DNA of 64,000 bases from Octopus vulgaris (taxonomy: Eukaryota). The notes beneath the pieces were generated by a model. It searched no databases. It saw only the letters and a list, made by a program, of their open reading frames with translations, and had not been told where the DNA came from. Positions 26,472-39,965 of this stretch are shown piece after piece; position 1 is the first letter of the stretch; every line of letters begins with the position of its first letter. The position numbers and the translations under genes are program-made. The stretch covers positions 38,254,001 to 38,318,000 of the forward strand of contig OX597818.1 in the NCBI GenBank assembly GCA_951406725.2, written 5' to 3'.

Positions 26472-27600
26472 GCATATAAAAGAGAAAAATTATCCTGGTG
26501 GATAACATATGTAGGTCAGAGATATTTAAGCAGTCGAAAAGTTTTGGATGTCAATAAATTTTCACTCTCCTCTTTGTTATCAATGGTGTGTGTGTGTGTG
26601 TGTGTGTACATGTGTATGTGTGCACATGTGCATGTGTGTTTGTGTTTGTGTTTGTTCCCACCAAGCCACATGACAACCAATGTTGGTGTGTTTACGTCCC
26701 CTTAACTTAGAAGTTTGTCTGATCAGTAAGTATCCAGACTGTTGCCATAGTAATGAAGCTAAAGCATACAGGGTGAAGCTGTTTGGTACAGATTGACTTT
26801 GAACTCTGCTGTGCATGTACACTAAGTTTTAATGTTCTAGCTCACTTCCACTGTTTACAGCAGTGCTTGGAAGGAAGGTGTGTAGTGTGTGATCATTACA
26901 TTGACCATAACAGAGAAAGCCGAGCAGAGAATCTGCATCAAATTTTGCCAAAAGCTTGGCAATGCCTGCTCAGAGGCCTACACAAAGTTTTCAAAAAGTT
27001 TCCATCGTTCTTGACACAATCAAGGAAATCTTGTGCAACTGAAACCTGAGTGTCTTTTTGGTCAGCTGAAAGCAGTTTTGGCACAAACTTCTGAGACACA
27101 CGTCTCATACCCAAATCTTCTGTGATAATGGACTGAACGGACCTGTAACTAATCTGCACATCCTCTGATAACTCATGGATGGTGATTTGAAGATTTCTCC
27201 TCAAAGCTGCATGCACATCTGCAAAGCTTTTCTCAGTTCTGCTGGTTGCAAGTCTCTCAGAAGGTTAGTCATTTTCAACATTTTTTTGGTCATCTTGTAA
27301 ACATCTGGACCACTCATGCACTTGTGTGCAGCTCATACACTCCTCTCCATACACTTTCTGCAACTTTATGTAGGCCTCTGTGCAGGTATCACCATGACAA
27401 CTTCCTCTGTCTTGGTCAATGCGATGATCACACGCTACACACCTTCCCTCCAAGCACTGCTGTAAACATCAGAAGTGAGCTAGAACGTTAAAACTTAATG
27501 CACAAGCACATCATAGGTCAAACTCAACATTCAAGGTGGTGCCCCCAGTATTGCCACAGTTTTGGCCACAGCTCATGAGCTGAAACTAGATAAAATGGAA
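26255..27600 (+). mobile_element. SINE family A interrupted by an inverted mariner remnant
   Basis: Head 26255-26410, body 26600-26720, tail 27528-27600. Confidence 0.65.
26768..27525 (-). mobile_element. Mariner remnant with inverted duplication of its 5' region
   Basis: ITIHELSEDVQISY.SV.SII.EDLGMRRVS.KFVPKLL; 26768-26990 inverse to about 27360-27525. Confidence 0.8.
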
Positions 27601-27618
27601 ATGAATGAAAAATGAATG

Positions 27619-27668
<50 letters not shown>

Positions 27669-27689
27669 GTGTGTGTGTGTGTGTGTATC

Positions 27690-27829
27690 CCTTCTCTGGA
27701 TCTTTCCTTCTCCTATGTTACCGATGAAGAAACGTTAAACCCTCCTTCTTCCCTTCTTTCCTTATTTGTTCCACGTCCTTGCATTGTTGTGTTTTTTTTG
27801 GGTTTTATTGTGTTTTCTTGTTTGGATTA

Positions 27830-27832
<3 letters not shown>
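27690..27832 (+). mobile_element. Short pLTR-like repeat (family of 47990-48147) with HHR lacking helix II
   Basis: ccgatgaa-gaaacgttaaaccctccttc; helix II deleted relative to 48094-48128. Confidence 0.55.
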
Positions 27833-27869
<37 letters not shown>

Positions 27870-28132
27870 TGTTATTTTTTATTTGCCCTGTCCGTGTGAG
27901 CTAACAGTCGTACTGGCTTTCATGGGAAACATATATTTTCGTGGTTGAAACCTTTTGGATTAACTGGTGCTAGAGTGAGCAATATAGTGACCACTCTCTT
28001 ATATTTATTTTGTAAAAATATTGTAATGTGTTATAAAATATTATAATAATCCAGGTTTCTCGTAGCACTAGGCCACTTGGTGTGGAATAAATATACTATT
28101 AAATTAGTATCTAATTCTCTCACCCTTATTAA

Positions 28133-28170
<38 letters not shown>

Positions 28171-28173
<3 letters not shown>

Positions 28174-28814
28174 GTAATTAGCGTTCAGCAAAGATTTGCT
28201 TTACCACATACCGAAGTTTAGAAATAGCTGCCAAAAAGCCTTAGCTATTTCTTCTACTTTAAAAAGGGACTCCCAGAAAAACCAAAATACTTGAAAACAA
28301 TCCACTCAGGCAGAGAGGAAAAGTAACAAAAATCAATCAATATCTGGTCACCCATGTACGTTTTCGGAATTAGATCGGTATAAAGAATATAGAATTATAC
28401 TTTACTAACCATTTTCTTCATCAGCATGGGACTCCAACAATATTAAATATTGAAATATTAAATTCGAAGGTACTGGAACAGTAAAGTATAATTCTATATT
28501 CTTTATACCGATCTAATTCCGAAACACAAGTACATGGGTGACCAGATATTGATTGATTTTTGTTACTTTTCCTCTCTGCCTGTGTGGATTGTTTTCAAGT
28601 ATTTTGGTTTTTCTGGGAGTCCCTTTTTAAAGTAGAAGAAATAGCTAAGGCTTTTTTTGGCTGCTATTTCTAAACTTCGGTATGTGGTAAAGCAAATCTT
28701 TGCTGAACTCTAATTATTAAGTATTACTTAAGTTTACCATGAAATGGTCCTTTTTCATGCCGAATTCTACTTGGTGAAATTATTGATTACTTCTTAATTA
28801 ATTTTACCCTTTGT

Positions 28815-28820
<6 letters not shown>
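28171..28820. mobile_element. Fold-back pLTR element with tail, in (TA)n
   Basis: Arms 28171-28406 / 28480-28720; tail 28721-28820. Confidence 0.88.
28347..28433 (-). ncRNA. Hammerhead ribozyme motif with long helix II
   Basis: Minus: CCCAUG-CUGAUGA-..uucc-GAAA-acg-UA-CAUGGG (6-bp helix I). Confidence 0.8.
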
Positions 28821-28869
<49 letters not shown>

Positions 28870-28905
28870 CATATATACATATATATTTATATATATATAT
28901 ACATA

Positions 28906-28941
<36 letters not shown>

Positions 28942-29276
28942 TGTATGTATGTATGTATGTATGTATGTAGAAGGTTGAAAAGGAACACACGGGGTGATAT
29001 ATATGGAAAAAAAGTCAAGGTAGAAAATGCTAAAATAATTGTATAAAAATCATTTTTCGTTTGTTTAATAAAAATTCCTCCTGCTAATGATTTTCCTTTC
29101 ATTTTGTGATAGACAGCTATCATGCAAAAAATGCCAGCTATCATGCAGAATATGCCAGCTTCCAAATGTTGCTTTCTGATTAGGTAAAATTGCTTAAACT
29201 TTAAACATCAGTAACATTTTTCTACAACTTTTCTGGAACAAATACATAGCAAATTTTAGAAATTTTGATGTAATTT

Positions 29277-29976
29277 GAAGAGGACCGATCAGGTAAAGGA
29301 CCTGGGTATCTTGGTGGATTCCTCCTTTTTGCCTTCGGCCCAGTGCATCCATGCTGCCAACAAAGCATGCAGAATTCTGTTCTTTGTTTCGACGGTCATT
29401 CGGAATGCTCACAGCAGCGATATTCCTACCACTCTATGTCACGCTGGTGAGACCCATATTGGAGTACGGGATTCAAGCCTCTTCTCCTTATCTCCTCAAA
29501 GACATACAGCATCTCGAAAGAGTCCAGAAGCTGGCTACCCGCATGGTTCATGGTCTCAAAAATTTGTCCTATGAAGAAAGGCTGAGGACGCTCGACCTTT
29601 ATTCTCTAGAAAAACGCCGCCGCCGTGGTGATCTCATTCTCGCCCACAACATCATAAGCGGAAAGTGTAACCTCTCGAAAGAGCTGTTCTTCTCTCCTGC
29701 TCCAGAGCGTCGGCTGCGGGGTCATTCCGAAAAGCTCTACCTGCGACGATTTCATCTCAATCGAAGGAGAGGAGCTTTCTCCATCCGGGTTGCGGATCCG
29801 TGGAACAAGCTGCCAGACAAGATGGTGAAGATGCCAACGACTGCTTTGTTCAAAGCCTCCCTTGACCTCAAGTGGCCTGAACTCTTTACATAAACACCAC
29901 CCTATACTTAACTCCATGTCCCCCTACATGGCCTTGCTATTTGCTTTTGAGCCAAATTAACTAACTAACTAACTAA
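29277..29976 (+). mobile_element. CR1/L2-like LINE, 3' part
   Basis: KDLGILVD, LYVTLVRPILEY..SPY..DI..LERVQ..ATR, RLRGH, WNKLP; (CTAA)n tail. Confidence 0.93.
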
Positions 29977-30077
29977 TTTCACATGGCATGAGTATCATTA
30001 ATGTAACTATGATAATTAGGATACCAGTATGAGTAATTACTATAATTATAATACAAATTATTCTCACTATTCTAATA

Positions 30078-30602
30078 ATGATGAACACTCATATTATTAA
30101 TCATAGGAATTACAATTGTACTAACTCTATTGATCTTAATACGGCTAATGCTGCACCACTCATAGCTCATGTTAAGACATGTAATTTCAGAGTGTCTATT
30201 AATTGCCCTTTGAAGGGCAATTTTTTATGTCATAATGTTATCTATAAATGTACTGTTACTACCACATGGACCCATTTCACTAAAATTTACATTAGTGCAG
30301 CTGTTAATTTTAAACTCCATTTTCTTGCACATCTAATCTCATTCTCAAATATTACAAGAAAATTATCTAGCTCCCTGACCACCCACATTTACCACCTCAA
30401 AGCCAACAGCATTCCCTATGACACTTTCAGGTCTGCAATTAATAATGGAATTCTATACACGGAAAGCCAACAACCATGTAACTTATGCTGTCATGATTCC
30501 CTCAGTATATTATGTGATAATGAGATCTTTCTCCTCAACTGCTTCTCTGACGTAATAACTTGTTGCCACAGACATTGCAAAACTTTTCTCTCAACACCAT
30601 AA
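30078..30602 (+). mobile_element. Degenerate Penelope-like GIY-YIG endonuclease fragment
   Basis: CNFR...CPLKG, NVIYKC..IYIS, CNLC, CCHRH. Confidence 0.82.
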
Positions 30603-30757
30603 ATCTTTATGCTCTCACTGATCTAATTACACCTTCCTTTCCACTCTACTCTTCACTATAATACATTTTCTTTAATGACTATATTCCTCCGACTAAATTC
30701 AGTTACACTTAGGCAGCCCACAACCATCAGTTTTTACTCCTGCCTTTGACTTTCTCT

Positions 30758-30824
<67 letters not shown>

Positions 30825-31129
30825 CCTCACTTGCTTGTGTGCCATTGCATTTCCTGTCTTCCCTTTCCATTTACTGGCATTTTACTGACCATCTATCTTT
30901 GTGTACATTAGAAACTGCATTGTTCAATATAGTCTTTTTACAAAACTATAGTTTGTATGATGTGAGAGAGACTGGCTGAGTATTTTTCTTTCTATATATA
31001 TGATGACCTTCTATCTGAAAGTCAGTAGGATTTGTTGTGTAAAGCCTTTTATCCATCATTGTGTATATCTGGGTGTACATGGCATAATATCTCTTCTTTT
31101 TTAACAATGTAGGATGTGTGATACTCTCT

Positions 31130-31342
31130 TTCTCTCTTTAACTTGTTTTAGTCATTTGACTACGGCCATGCTGGAGCACCGCCTTTAGTCGAGCAAATCA
31201 ACCCCGGGACTTATTCTTTGTAAGCCCAGTATTAATTCTATCGGTCTCTTTTGCCGAACCGCTAAGTGACGGGGACGTAAACATACCAGCATCGGTTGTC
31301 AAGCAATGCTAGGGGGACAAACACAGACACACAAACACACAC

Positions 31343-31376
<34 letters not shown>

Positions 31377-31535
31377 GCTTCTTTCAGTTTCCGTCTACCA
31401 AATCCACTCACAAGGCATTGGTCAGCCCAGGGCTATAGCAGAAGACACTTGCCCAAGATGCCACGCAGTGGGACTGAACCCGGAACCATGTGGCTGGTAA
31501 ACAAGCTAGTTACCACACAGCCACTCCTGCGCCTC
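31130..31535 (-). mobile_element. SINE family A, full length
   Basis: Reverse complement of consensus; head ggcgcaggagtggctg duplicated at 31540-31556. Confidence 0.9.
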
Positions 31536-32025
31536 CACCCAGCCACTCCTGCGCCTGAAGAACTTTTTTAACAAATACCTACCAGCCATCTTTGTAAATC
31601 TGTGTGTGTATGTGTGTGTGCAATAACATGCACTAATTAATCACCATATACCAAATCCAATGTCAATGTCAAATAGAGACAAAATTCACACAAGTATTTA
31701 TAAATAGAAACCTTTAATAAAGTGACATGTTCACTGCAGGTCTTCCAGCTGCCAGGCAGTCTAATCTCTCTATTATTGTTATTATTAGCAGTGCCTGATA
31801 ATATTGTGTAAACAGCAAGACTTATTAATTTCACTAATCTGTAATTATTGTTTGTGTTATCCATAACAACATTGGTAAAACTTCGCTATCAACAATATTA
31901 TTTACTGATAGTTGCACCAAGCATAGTAAAAAATATCCTGTATTTGATGGTATAAAAGATGCAAAGGCATATTAGACACACCCAGTTTCAGCAGTGCATA
32001 TCAAGGGGAAAAGGTGCTTAATGCA

Positions 32026-32255
32026 TTAACCCTTTTGATACCAACCCGTCTGAAACTGCCTCTGGTTCTGTAGTACAAATGTCTTGTTTTCAAAAGTTCT
32101 GAATTAAAATCCTCCACCAAACTTTAGTCACAATTTATGCTTCTAACACTAGCTTAATGATAAATTAAATTATTTTACTAATTCTTTGTTATATTTAAAA
32201 TTAATTGAAAGAAACACAGAGTATCTCAACAGAAATATGGTAACAAAAGTGTTAA
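32026..32255. mobile_element. piggyBac-like MITE (TTAA-flanked)
   Basis: ttaa-cccttttgatacca ... tggtaacaaaagtg-ttaa. Confidence 0.6.
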
Positions 32256-32384
32256 AGTTTATAGAAGGCCCAACTTTGCATATAGGAACTGGGTGATTTT
32301 TTGAGACATTTTTGTGGAAAACATGTGCATTTTGTATGCCATGAAACACAGTAGTTCATACACTGCAAATTAAGTTTGCAATCT

Positions 32385-32506
32385 AGGTGCAGGTGTGGCT
32401 ATGTGGTAAGAAGCTTGTCGCCCAAACACATGGTGTCTTCTACTATAACCTCAGGTTCACAAAAGCCTTATGAGTGAATTTGGTAGACCAAAACTGAAAG
32501 AAACCC

Positions 32507-32546
<40 letters not shown>

Positions 32547-32775
32547 CGTGTGTCATTGTGTCTATGATTGTCACCCCATCACCACTTGACAACCAGTACT
32601 GATGTGTTTTCATTCCCATAGCCGAGCAGTTCAACAAAAAAAATTGATAGAATAAGTGCCAAATGTTTAAAAAAAAGTAAGTACTTGGGTTGATTCATTC
32701 GACTAAAGATCCTTCAAGGCAATGCCCCAGCATGGCCACAGTGAAATGAATGAAATAAATAAAAAATAAAAGATT
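32385..32775 (+). mobile_element. SINE family A (diverged, internal deletion)
   Basis: ggtgcaggtgtggctatgtggtaagaagc..ccagcatggccacag. Confidence 0.75.
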
Positions 32776-33160
32776 AAAAAATAATCTACTTAGACTTTCT
32801 GCTTTAAATACTTTCACTTTACTTTTGTCACTAATTCTCTTGGGAAACTGCTTCAGTGTCACAACATACCATTTCTCCTTCCCATCTTCTCATCCTTTAT
32901 TCAAGTTTTCATGCTGTTATGAGCTGGACAGGTTATTTGAAGTTATTACTTCCTAAGATAGCTCAAAGTCTACATATCACTTGTATGTTTAGCTTTTGGC
33001 ATGATGCCCTTCTTAACACAGACCACTTTACAGTGTACTTGATGTATCTTTGTATCTTTTCTTTCTGAAGTTCAGTATCCAGAAATAATCTTCATCACTT
33101 TTTTTTCCATGTTTTCTTAAGTCTTCTTCCACAGGTTATATTGACTTTGTGTACTCAGCA

Positions 33161-33410
33161 CATCCTCACTGTTTGAGAGATATATTAGAAATGATCTCGT
33201 GTTAGATAGCAACCATCTTCGGCTATTTTGATCCTGTTGTGTCCATTGCTCTGATTGGTTGGCATTGGCGCAGTTTGTCTCTTGACTTATTTCGCGCCAG
33301 TGTGTAAGCCAACCAATCAGAGCAGTGGACACAACAGGCTCAAAATAGCCGAAGACGGTTGCTATCTAACACGAGATCATTTCTAATATATCTCTCAAAC
33401 AGTGAGGATA
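33161..33410. mobile_element. Palindromic MITE (about 100-bp arms)
   Basis: atcctcactgtttgagagatatattagaaatgatctcgtg.. / ..cacgagatcatttctaatatatctctcaaacagtgaggat. Confidence 0.85.
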
Positions 33411-34610
33411 TCACCCATGCTACAATACAACTAATATTCTCTACATAAATCACATGCTGGACCACACCAGTGCAGTCATCCCTCCTGTATACTACATCTG
33501 ATTTATCTTATATCCATCTTTCCGCTCAGCTTATTTGTACTCTGTTGTTCATGCATGCTAACATTAGACAACCAGTAGAGCATACTTGCTTCATTTCTAT
33601 CTAGTTTTTCCAAATCCTCTGTATTCAAACCCCATATCTTGCTACTATGCAACATCACACTTTGTGCATGAGCATCATGTAATCTGCTCTTCATTCTGAA
33701 AGAGAAATCTTTGCCATTAACAGAGATGGCATTTCTTTGAACTTTTTCTACTCTGTTCCTATTCCAGCTGCTGTTCTTTCAGAGCACCCACCTCCACTTG
33801 CTATTAAAGTCATGTAAATAACAAAGGCTATAAACTACTTCTAATGGCATTTGAGAGAATCTGTTTTCAGTGTGCTCTCACTGTTTGCATCTCCTGTGCA
33901 TGTGCTGCATATGAAGTCTGCCTTCTCTGTTAGTCTGTCCATGATCCAACTACACCTGTTCATAGTGTACACTGATTACACAGTATAGAATTTCTAACAA
34001 TTTCTTTTTCATATCTAACCTGAGCATTTACCTGAACATGGTAGGATCCTATCTTCTTCTTACTAAAACTTGAATATTTGTTAAGTTTACTTTGAGACAT
34101 CTCTGTTCTAGGTTTTTCTTCTATATCAGGAATTTTTTCTCTAAATGTACAATGGATTCCACTATAAGAAGTAGGCCATCAGTATACAGGAGTCCTCATG
34201 GACAGCTACTCTTAAATTCCTCATTCACAGCCAAGAGAACTCTATTAAACATAAGAGAACTGAAGACTGAACCCTGTGAAATCCCCATTCCTCCCAGCAT
34301 GCCACACACACCCACACACACACACATTTGCATGTTAAAGTTGTCACTGTACACATTCATTGATAATTCTCACCTTACTACTACAACTCAGCACATAGTT
34401 TGCATTGCTCTGACAAGTCATTCATGAAGTCCTAATTTCTTTAGCAACCGTCCTATCAAAAGCCTTCTCCAGGTTGTCAAATGCTAGCTATGATGGCTTA
34501 CTCCAAGTTAAATACTTCTCTTGTAATTGTCTCACTTGAAAGAGGGTATTAATAATATTACTTCCTGGCACAAAGTAAAGCTAATCTTATCTAGGTTAAT
34601 TCTCTTACAA
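33411..34610 (-). mobile_element. Old degenerate RTE LINE RT region
   Basis: Remnants: RQLQEKY, EKAFDR, GVPQGSVLS.LLF, L.RNEASML.W. Confidence 0.65.
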
Positions 34611-34679
34611 AGATAATTCATTATACTTAGTTATGTTTAAAAAAAATCAATTATACTTTACTTTTGATACATACATGGT

Positions 34680-35372
34680 CGTTCCCAGAACTGCCTGACT
34701 GGCCCCTGTGCCAGTGGCATGTAAAAAGCACCCACTACACTCTCGGAGTGGTTGGCATTAGGAAGGGCATCCAGCTGTAGAAACTTTGTCAGACCAGATT
34801 GAGCCTGGTGCAGCCTCTGGCTCACCAGTCCTCAGTCAAACCGTCCAACCCATGCCAGCATGGAAAGTGGACGTTAAACGATGATGATGATGATGACCCT
34901 CTTTGATACTGTCTTTTCACAAGTCTTTATGTCTGAGGCTATATATATTTAAGTTATGCTAGGCAAGTATCGCTAAAGTACAATAATGAATTTCTCGTTT
35001 TTAAAAGAAGTGTTTCTTTGCAATTGGATTTTACTTATTTCACCAAATAAATACATTCTATCATACTCTGCCTTTCAACAACTGGCATAAGCCACCTTCT
35101 TCAATACTACACCTTGCCTCAATGAAGGAGTCTGGTTTTGCAAGCTACTTCACAACCTCATTAGTGCTGGCAATATGAAAAAAAAACTTCCAGTACACTC
35201 TGTAAAGTGGTTGGTGCTAGGAATGGCATCCAGGCATAGACACAATGCTAAAACAGACACTGGGGCTTGGCACAGTCCTCTAACCTATAGGATCCTGTCA
35301 AACTGTTCAACTCTTACCAGCATAGAATCATCATCATCATCATCATCATCGCCGTCGTCGTCGTCGTCGTCG

Positions 35373-35405
<33 letters not shown>

Positions 35406-35655
35406 CCATCATCATTATCATCATCCTCACCATCATCATCGTTTAGCATCCGCTTTCCATGCTGGATGGTTTGACTGGAACTGGTAAGCCGGAGAGCTGC
35501 ACCAGGTTCCAGTTTGATTTGGCTTGGTTTCTATGGCTGGATGTCCTTCCTAATGCCAACCACTCCAAGAGTGTAATGTGTGTTTTTAATGTGCCACTGG
35601 CACGGGTGCTTTTATGTGCCTCTGGCATGGATATGGATGCTAAATGATGATAATG
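34680..35655. mobile_element. Cluster of RTE 3'UTR fragments (family D) with (GAT)n tails
   Basis: gtggttggcattaggaagggcatccagctgtagaaac..ccatgccagcatggaaagcggacgttaaacgatgatg on both strands; further copies at 42715, 42920, 43700, 47065, 49625, 58800, 63110. Confidence 0.85.
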
Positions 35656-36113
35656 ATGAATAAATGCATCGCATCTCATAAGAGAAATAAAGAAATCCAA
35701 AGGCAAAAAATTCTATACTGTACTTCAGAATTTTAGAAATCTTGATAAGGAAACAAAGAAACAGTCATAATCAAACCATGAACCACTGCTGCAGATAATC
35801 CACATGCCAAAAAGATAGTGTGCTGAGAATCCAATACACAGTCAATGAATATCAAAATTGTGAAATCCTAGAATATTTAACAGACATTGTTAATAATTTG
35901 TCTTTTTCTTTCTGCTAATTCAAAATAGTATTTTAAAATAAGGATGCAGTGCTCATTTTCATTTCAGTTGCAGTAAATATCCTCCTCCCCCATCCATCCA
36001 TCTCCTCCTCCTCCTCCTCCTCATCATCATCATCATCATCATCATCATTCATCATCATCATCATCATCATCATCACCACCACCACCACCACCATCACCAT
36101 CATCATCACCACC

Positions 36114-36144
<31 letters not shown>

Positions 36145-36340
36145 CCACCACCACCACCACCACCACCACCACCACCACCACCACCACCACCACCACTACC
36201 ACCACCAAAGGTCTCAGTCACTTGTCATTGCCTCTGTAAGGCCCAATGTTCAAAGGATGCTTTTTACATTCCACCGGCAATTAGGAATTAAGTATTTTAA
36301 AATAAGGATACAGTGCTCAATAGCTCATTAGCCACAAGAG

Positions 36341-36390
<50 letters not shown>

Positions 36391-36393
<3 letters not shown>

Positions 36394-36560
36394 GGTCCCG
36401 GGTTGATTCGGGGTTAACCACAGTAAGTAAGGTACTCAATACATAGCAGAGTAAAATTAATTTATTATATAGAAGGAGTTTACAGGACTAGTACTGTTTC
36501 ATTCAAGAGAAATCTTCAGGAATGAAACAGTACTAGTCCTGTAGAAGCTCCTTCTATATA

Positions 36561-36566
<6 letters not shown>
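36391..36566 (-). mobile_element. Short fold-back pLTR insertion in (TA)n with 5'-truncated HHR
   Basis: Minus: CUGAAGA (36513-36519)-uuuc-ucuu-gaau-GAAAC-aguacua-GUC; arms 36470-36504 / 36520-36566; tail 36391-36469. Confidence 0.75.
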
Positions 36567-36596
<30 letters not shown>

Positions 36597-36743
36597 CTCT
36601 TGTGGCTAATGAGCTATTTTGACTCTTATTTCTAGCAATGCTGGTACCACTTTGTACCCTCTGTCACTTTAGTGATGTCTTTAAATTTGCCTTTAGGTAG
36701 TTAAATTGTTAACAAGCAACCCATATTATTTATATATATCTGT

Positions 36744-37497
36744 AGGCACAGGAGTGGCTGTGTGGTAAGTAGCTTGCTTACCAACCACATGGTTCAGGGT
36801 TCAGTCCCACTGCGTGGAATCTTGAGCAAGTGTCTTCTACTATAGCCCCTGGCCAACCAAAGCCTTGTGAGTGGATTTGGTTGATGGAAACTGGAAGAAG
36901 CCCATCATATATATGTATATATATATGTATGTGTGTATATAGTTTGTGTTTCTGTGTTTGTCCCCTACCATCTCTTGACAACCGATGCTTGTGTGTTTAT
37001 GTCCTCGTAACTTAGTGGTTCGGCAAAAGAGACCGATAGAATAAGTACTAGGCTTACAAAGAGTAAGTCCTGGGGGTTGATTTACTCGACTAATCATCAT
37101 CATCATTGTTCGACCGTGGTCGAGACAATGGAATTTACCATGCTACGCCAGACTTCACGGTCCATCATGGCATTGCGGAGGTCCTGTTGCTGGATGCCTG
37201 TATCCCTGGAGATTACATCAGGGTAGGAGAGTGTGCGCCCTCTGGTATTGCGAGTAGATGGCTTCCAGAGGAGAAGAGTAGAAATTACCTCTTTTTCAGC
37301 TCTACAACAATGTCCAGCAAACTGGACTCTCTTACCTTTCACAAGAGATGACACAGGTGGTAGTTTCCCATATATTTGCATTTTGGTTGGATGGCGCTTC
37401 CACGAGAGATTTTGAGCTCTCATAAGGAGGCGAGTGTAGGTTCCATCCAACAGCATGGCCGCAGTCAAATGACTGAAACAAGTAAAAAAGTAAAGAG
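36744..37497 (+). mobile_element. SINE family A interrupted by an RTE-like LINE 3' end
   Basis: SINE 36744-37092, resumes at 37451. Confidence 0.85.
37093..37450 (-). mobile_element. RTE-like LINE 3' fragment
   Basis: LDGTYTRLL..NLSW..H....IYGKLP......R.QFAGHC.R..L.W; (ATG)n tail. Confidence 0.8.
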
Positions 37498-38192
37498 TTA
37501 TACACACACACAATGAATCCTAGATGTGAATAAAGTTATAATAGATCAACGTTACTGTTGATCTCAGTGGAAGATTAGTCAAGTACTGTGGTGGTGGTGG
37601 TGGGGGGGGTTTGATTTATACATCTACAATGCATTAAGGATGTAGATAGAATTATGATAGAAGACAAGTGGCATGTGTTGCTTTGTCAGGTTGTTAAGGT
37701 TCTTGATAAGACCTGAACATAGTTCAAAAGCCAACTCTTTTTTGTAACATACTCAAACAAGAAATAATATCTTGGCATAATGGGTCCACTTAATGCGATA
37801 AACTGAAAAGGAATATCATCAAGTAAAAATGTACTAAATAGATTATTTCTCAACAGTGCAGTGGTAAGTTATCAACACCAGCCATAATTGTTGTTGCCAT
37901 TGTCATCATTATCACCACCACCACCGCCATACCATCGCCCCATTCCCCCCCTCCTCCTCCTCCTCCTTCTCGCCAGTGTCATCATTATCATGAAGAGTAA
38001 GAGGAGTAAGAGAAGAAAAGTGAGAATAATGAAGAGAATGAGGCATCCATCATATTTACTATTATTATTATTATTATTATTATTAGTAGTAGTAGTAGTT
38101 ATTATTATTATTATTATTATTATTGTTGTTGTTGTTGTTGTTGTTGTTGTTATTATTATTATTATTAGTTAATATTGTTATTATTATTATTG

Positions 38193-38224
<32 letters not shown>

Positions 38225-38225
<1 letters not shown>

Positions 38226-39512
38226 GTTAGTTAGTTAGTTAGTTAGTTAATTTGGCTCAAAAGCAAATAGCAAGGCCATGTAGGGGGACATGGAGTTAAG
38301 TACAGGGTGGTGTTCATGTAAAGAGTTCAGGCCACTTGAGGTCCAGGGAGGCTTTGAACAAAGCGGTCGTTGGCATCTTCACCATCTCGTCTGGCAGCTT
38401 GTTCCACGGATCCGCAACCCGGACGGAGAAAGCTCCTCTCCTTCGATTGAGATGAAATCGTCGCAGGTAGAGCTTTTCGGAATGACCCCGCAGCCGACGC
38501 TCCGGAGCAGGAGTGAAGAACAGCTCTTTCGAGAGGTTACACTTCCCGCTTATGATGTTGTGGGCGAGAATGAGATCACCACGGCGGCGGCGTTTTTCAA
38601 GAGAATAATGGTCGAGCGTCCTCAGCCTTTCTTCGTAGGACAAATTTTTGAGACCATGAACCATGCGGGTAGCCAGCCTCTGGACTCTTTCGAGGTGCTG
38701 TATGTCTTTGAGGAGATAAGGAGAAGAGGCTTGAATCCCATACTCCAATATGGGTCTCACCAGCGTGACATAGAGTGGCAGGAATATGGCTGCTGTGAGC
38801 ATTCCGAATGACCGTCGAATCAAAAACAGAATTCCGCACGCTATGTTGGCAGCATGGACGCACTGGGCCGAAGGCGAAAAGGAGGAATCCACCAAGATAC
38901 CCAGGTTCCTTTACCTGATCGGTCCTCTCCAGCAGCAGACGACCCGGCTCGAAATCAAGTTGAGTTGCAGGAGTAGAGCCGACAGGCAGATGACAGCACT
39001 TTGACACGTTCAGACACAGGTCCCAATCGTTAGACCACTTCCAAATTTGGTGGAGGCATCGACGAAGATCCTCTATACTACCGCGAGGAGTGACCAGTTT
39101 GATATCGTCGGCAAATAGAAGGGTGTGTTGCGTGAGGTCGTCGGGCAAGTCATTTATGAAGACTAAGAACAACAAGGGCCCAAGCACTGAACCTTGAGGC
39201 ACGCCACTGCTCGCACTGGAGACGTCGGACCGCGAACCATTAACTTGAACTTGGAAGGAGCGATCTGAGAGGAAGGCACCAACCCATCATACAATATCCG
39301 GATGGAAACCCTATGCTTGAAGCTTGACAAGTAGTAGGCGGTGGTTTACCGAGTCAAAAGCTTTGGCAAAGTCCAATAAAACGATGTCAACAGCATCACT
39401 ATCATCGAGGATGCGCGTCACCAATTCTTCCATTACTAGTAAGTTGGTCAAGCATGATCTCTTCGGCACGAAGCCATGTTGGGAATCAGTGATCGAGGCT
39501 GTGTTTAGGAGG
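38225..39512 (-). mobile_element. CR1/L2-like LINE, 5' truncated RT and 3' UTR
   Basis: QHGF, DFAKAFDSV, PQGSVLGPLLFLVFINDL, LFADD, RPILEY, WNKLP; (CTAA)n tail. Confidence 0.95.
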
Positions 39513-39563
39513 TGGAATTATTATTATTATTATTATTAGCTGTTATTATTATTGTTGTTGTTG

Positions 39564-39595
<32 letters not shown>

Positions 39596-39705
39596 GTTGT
39601 TGTTGTTGTTATTATTATTATTATTATCATCATCATTATTATTGTTATTATTATTAGTTGTTATTATTATTATTATCATTATTATTGTTGTTAGTATTGT
39701 TGTTG

Positions 39706-39739
<34 letters not shown>

Positions 39740-39740
<1 letters not shown>

Positions 39741-39895
39741 GGCAGGAGTGGCTGTGTGGTAAGTAGCTTGCTTCCCAACCACATGCTTCCAGGTTCAGTC
39801 CCACTGCGTGGCACCTTGGGCAAGTGTCTTCTACTATAGCCTCGAACAGACCAAAGCCTTATGAGTGGATTTGGTAGATGGAAACTGAAAGAAGC

Positions 39896-39901
<6 letters not shown>
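39740..39901 (+). mobile_element. SINE family A, 5' half
   Basis: gcaggagtggctgtgtggtaagtagc..gaaagaagcccatc. Confidence 0.85.
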
Positions 39902-39960
<59 letters not shown>

Positions 39961-39965
39961 GTGTA

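Noticed and set aside
30995-31032. Possible HHR (tgatga..gaaa..gta) downstream of the 30078 GIY-YIG fragment
   Set aside because: C3 missing and helices I-III cannot be paired convincingly
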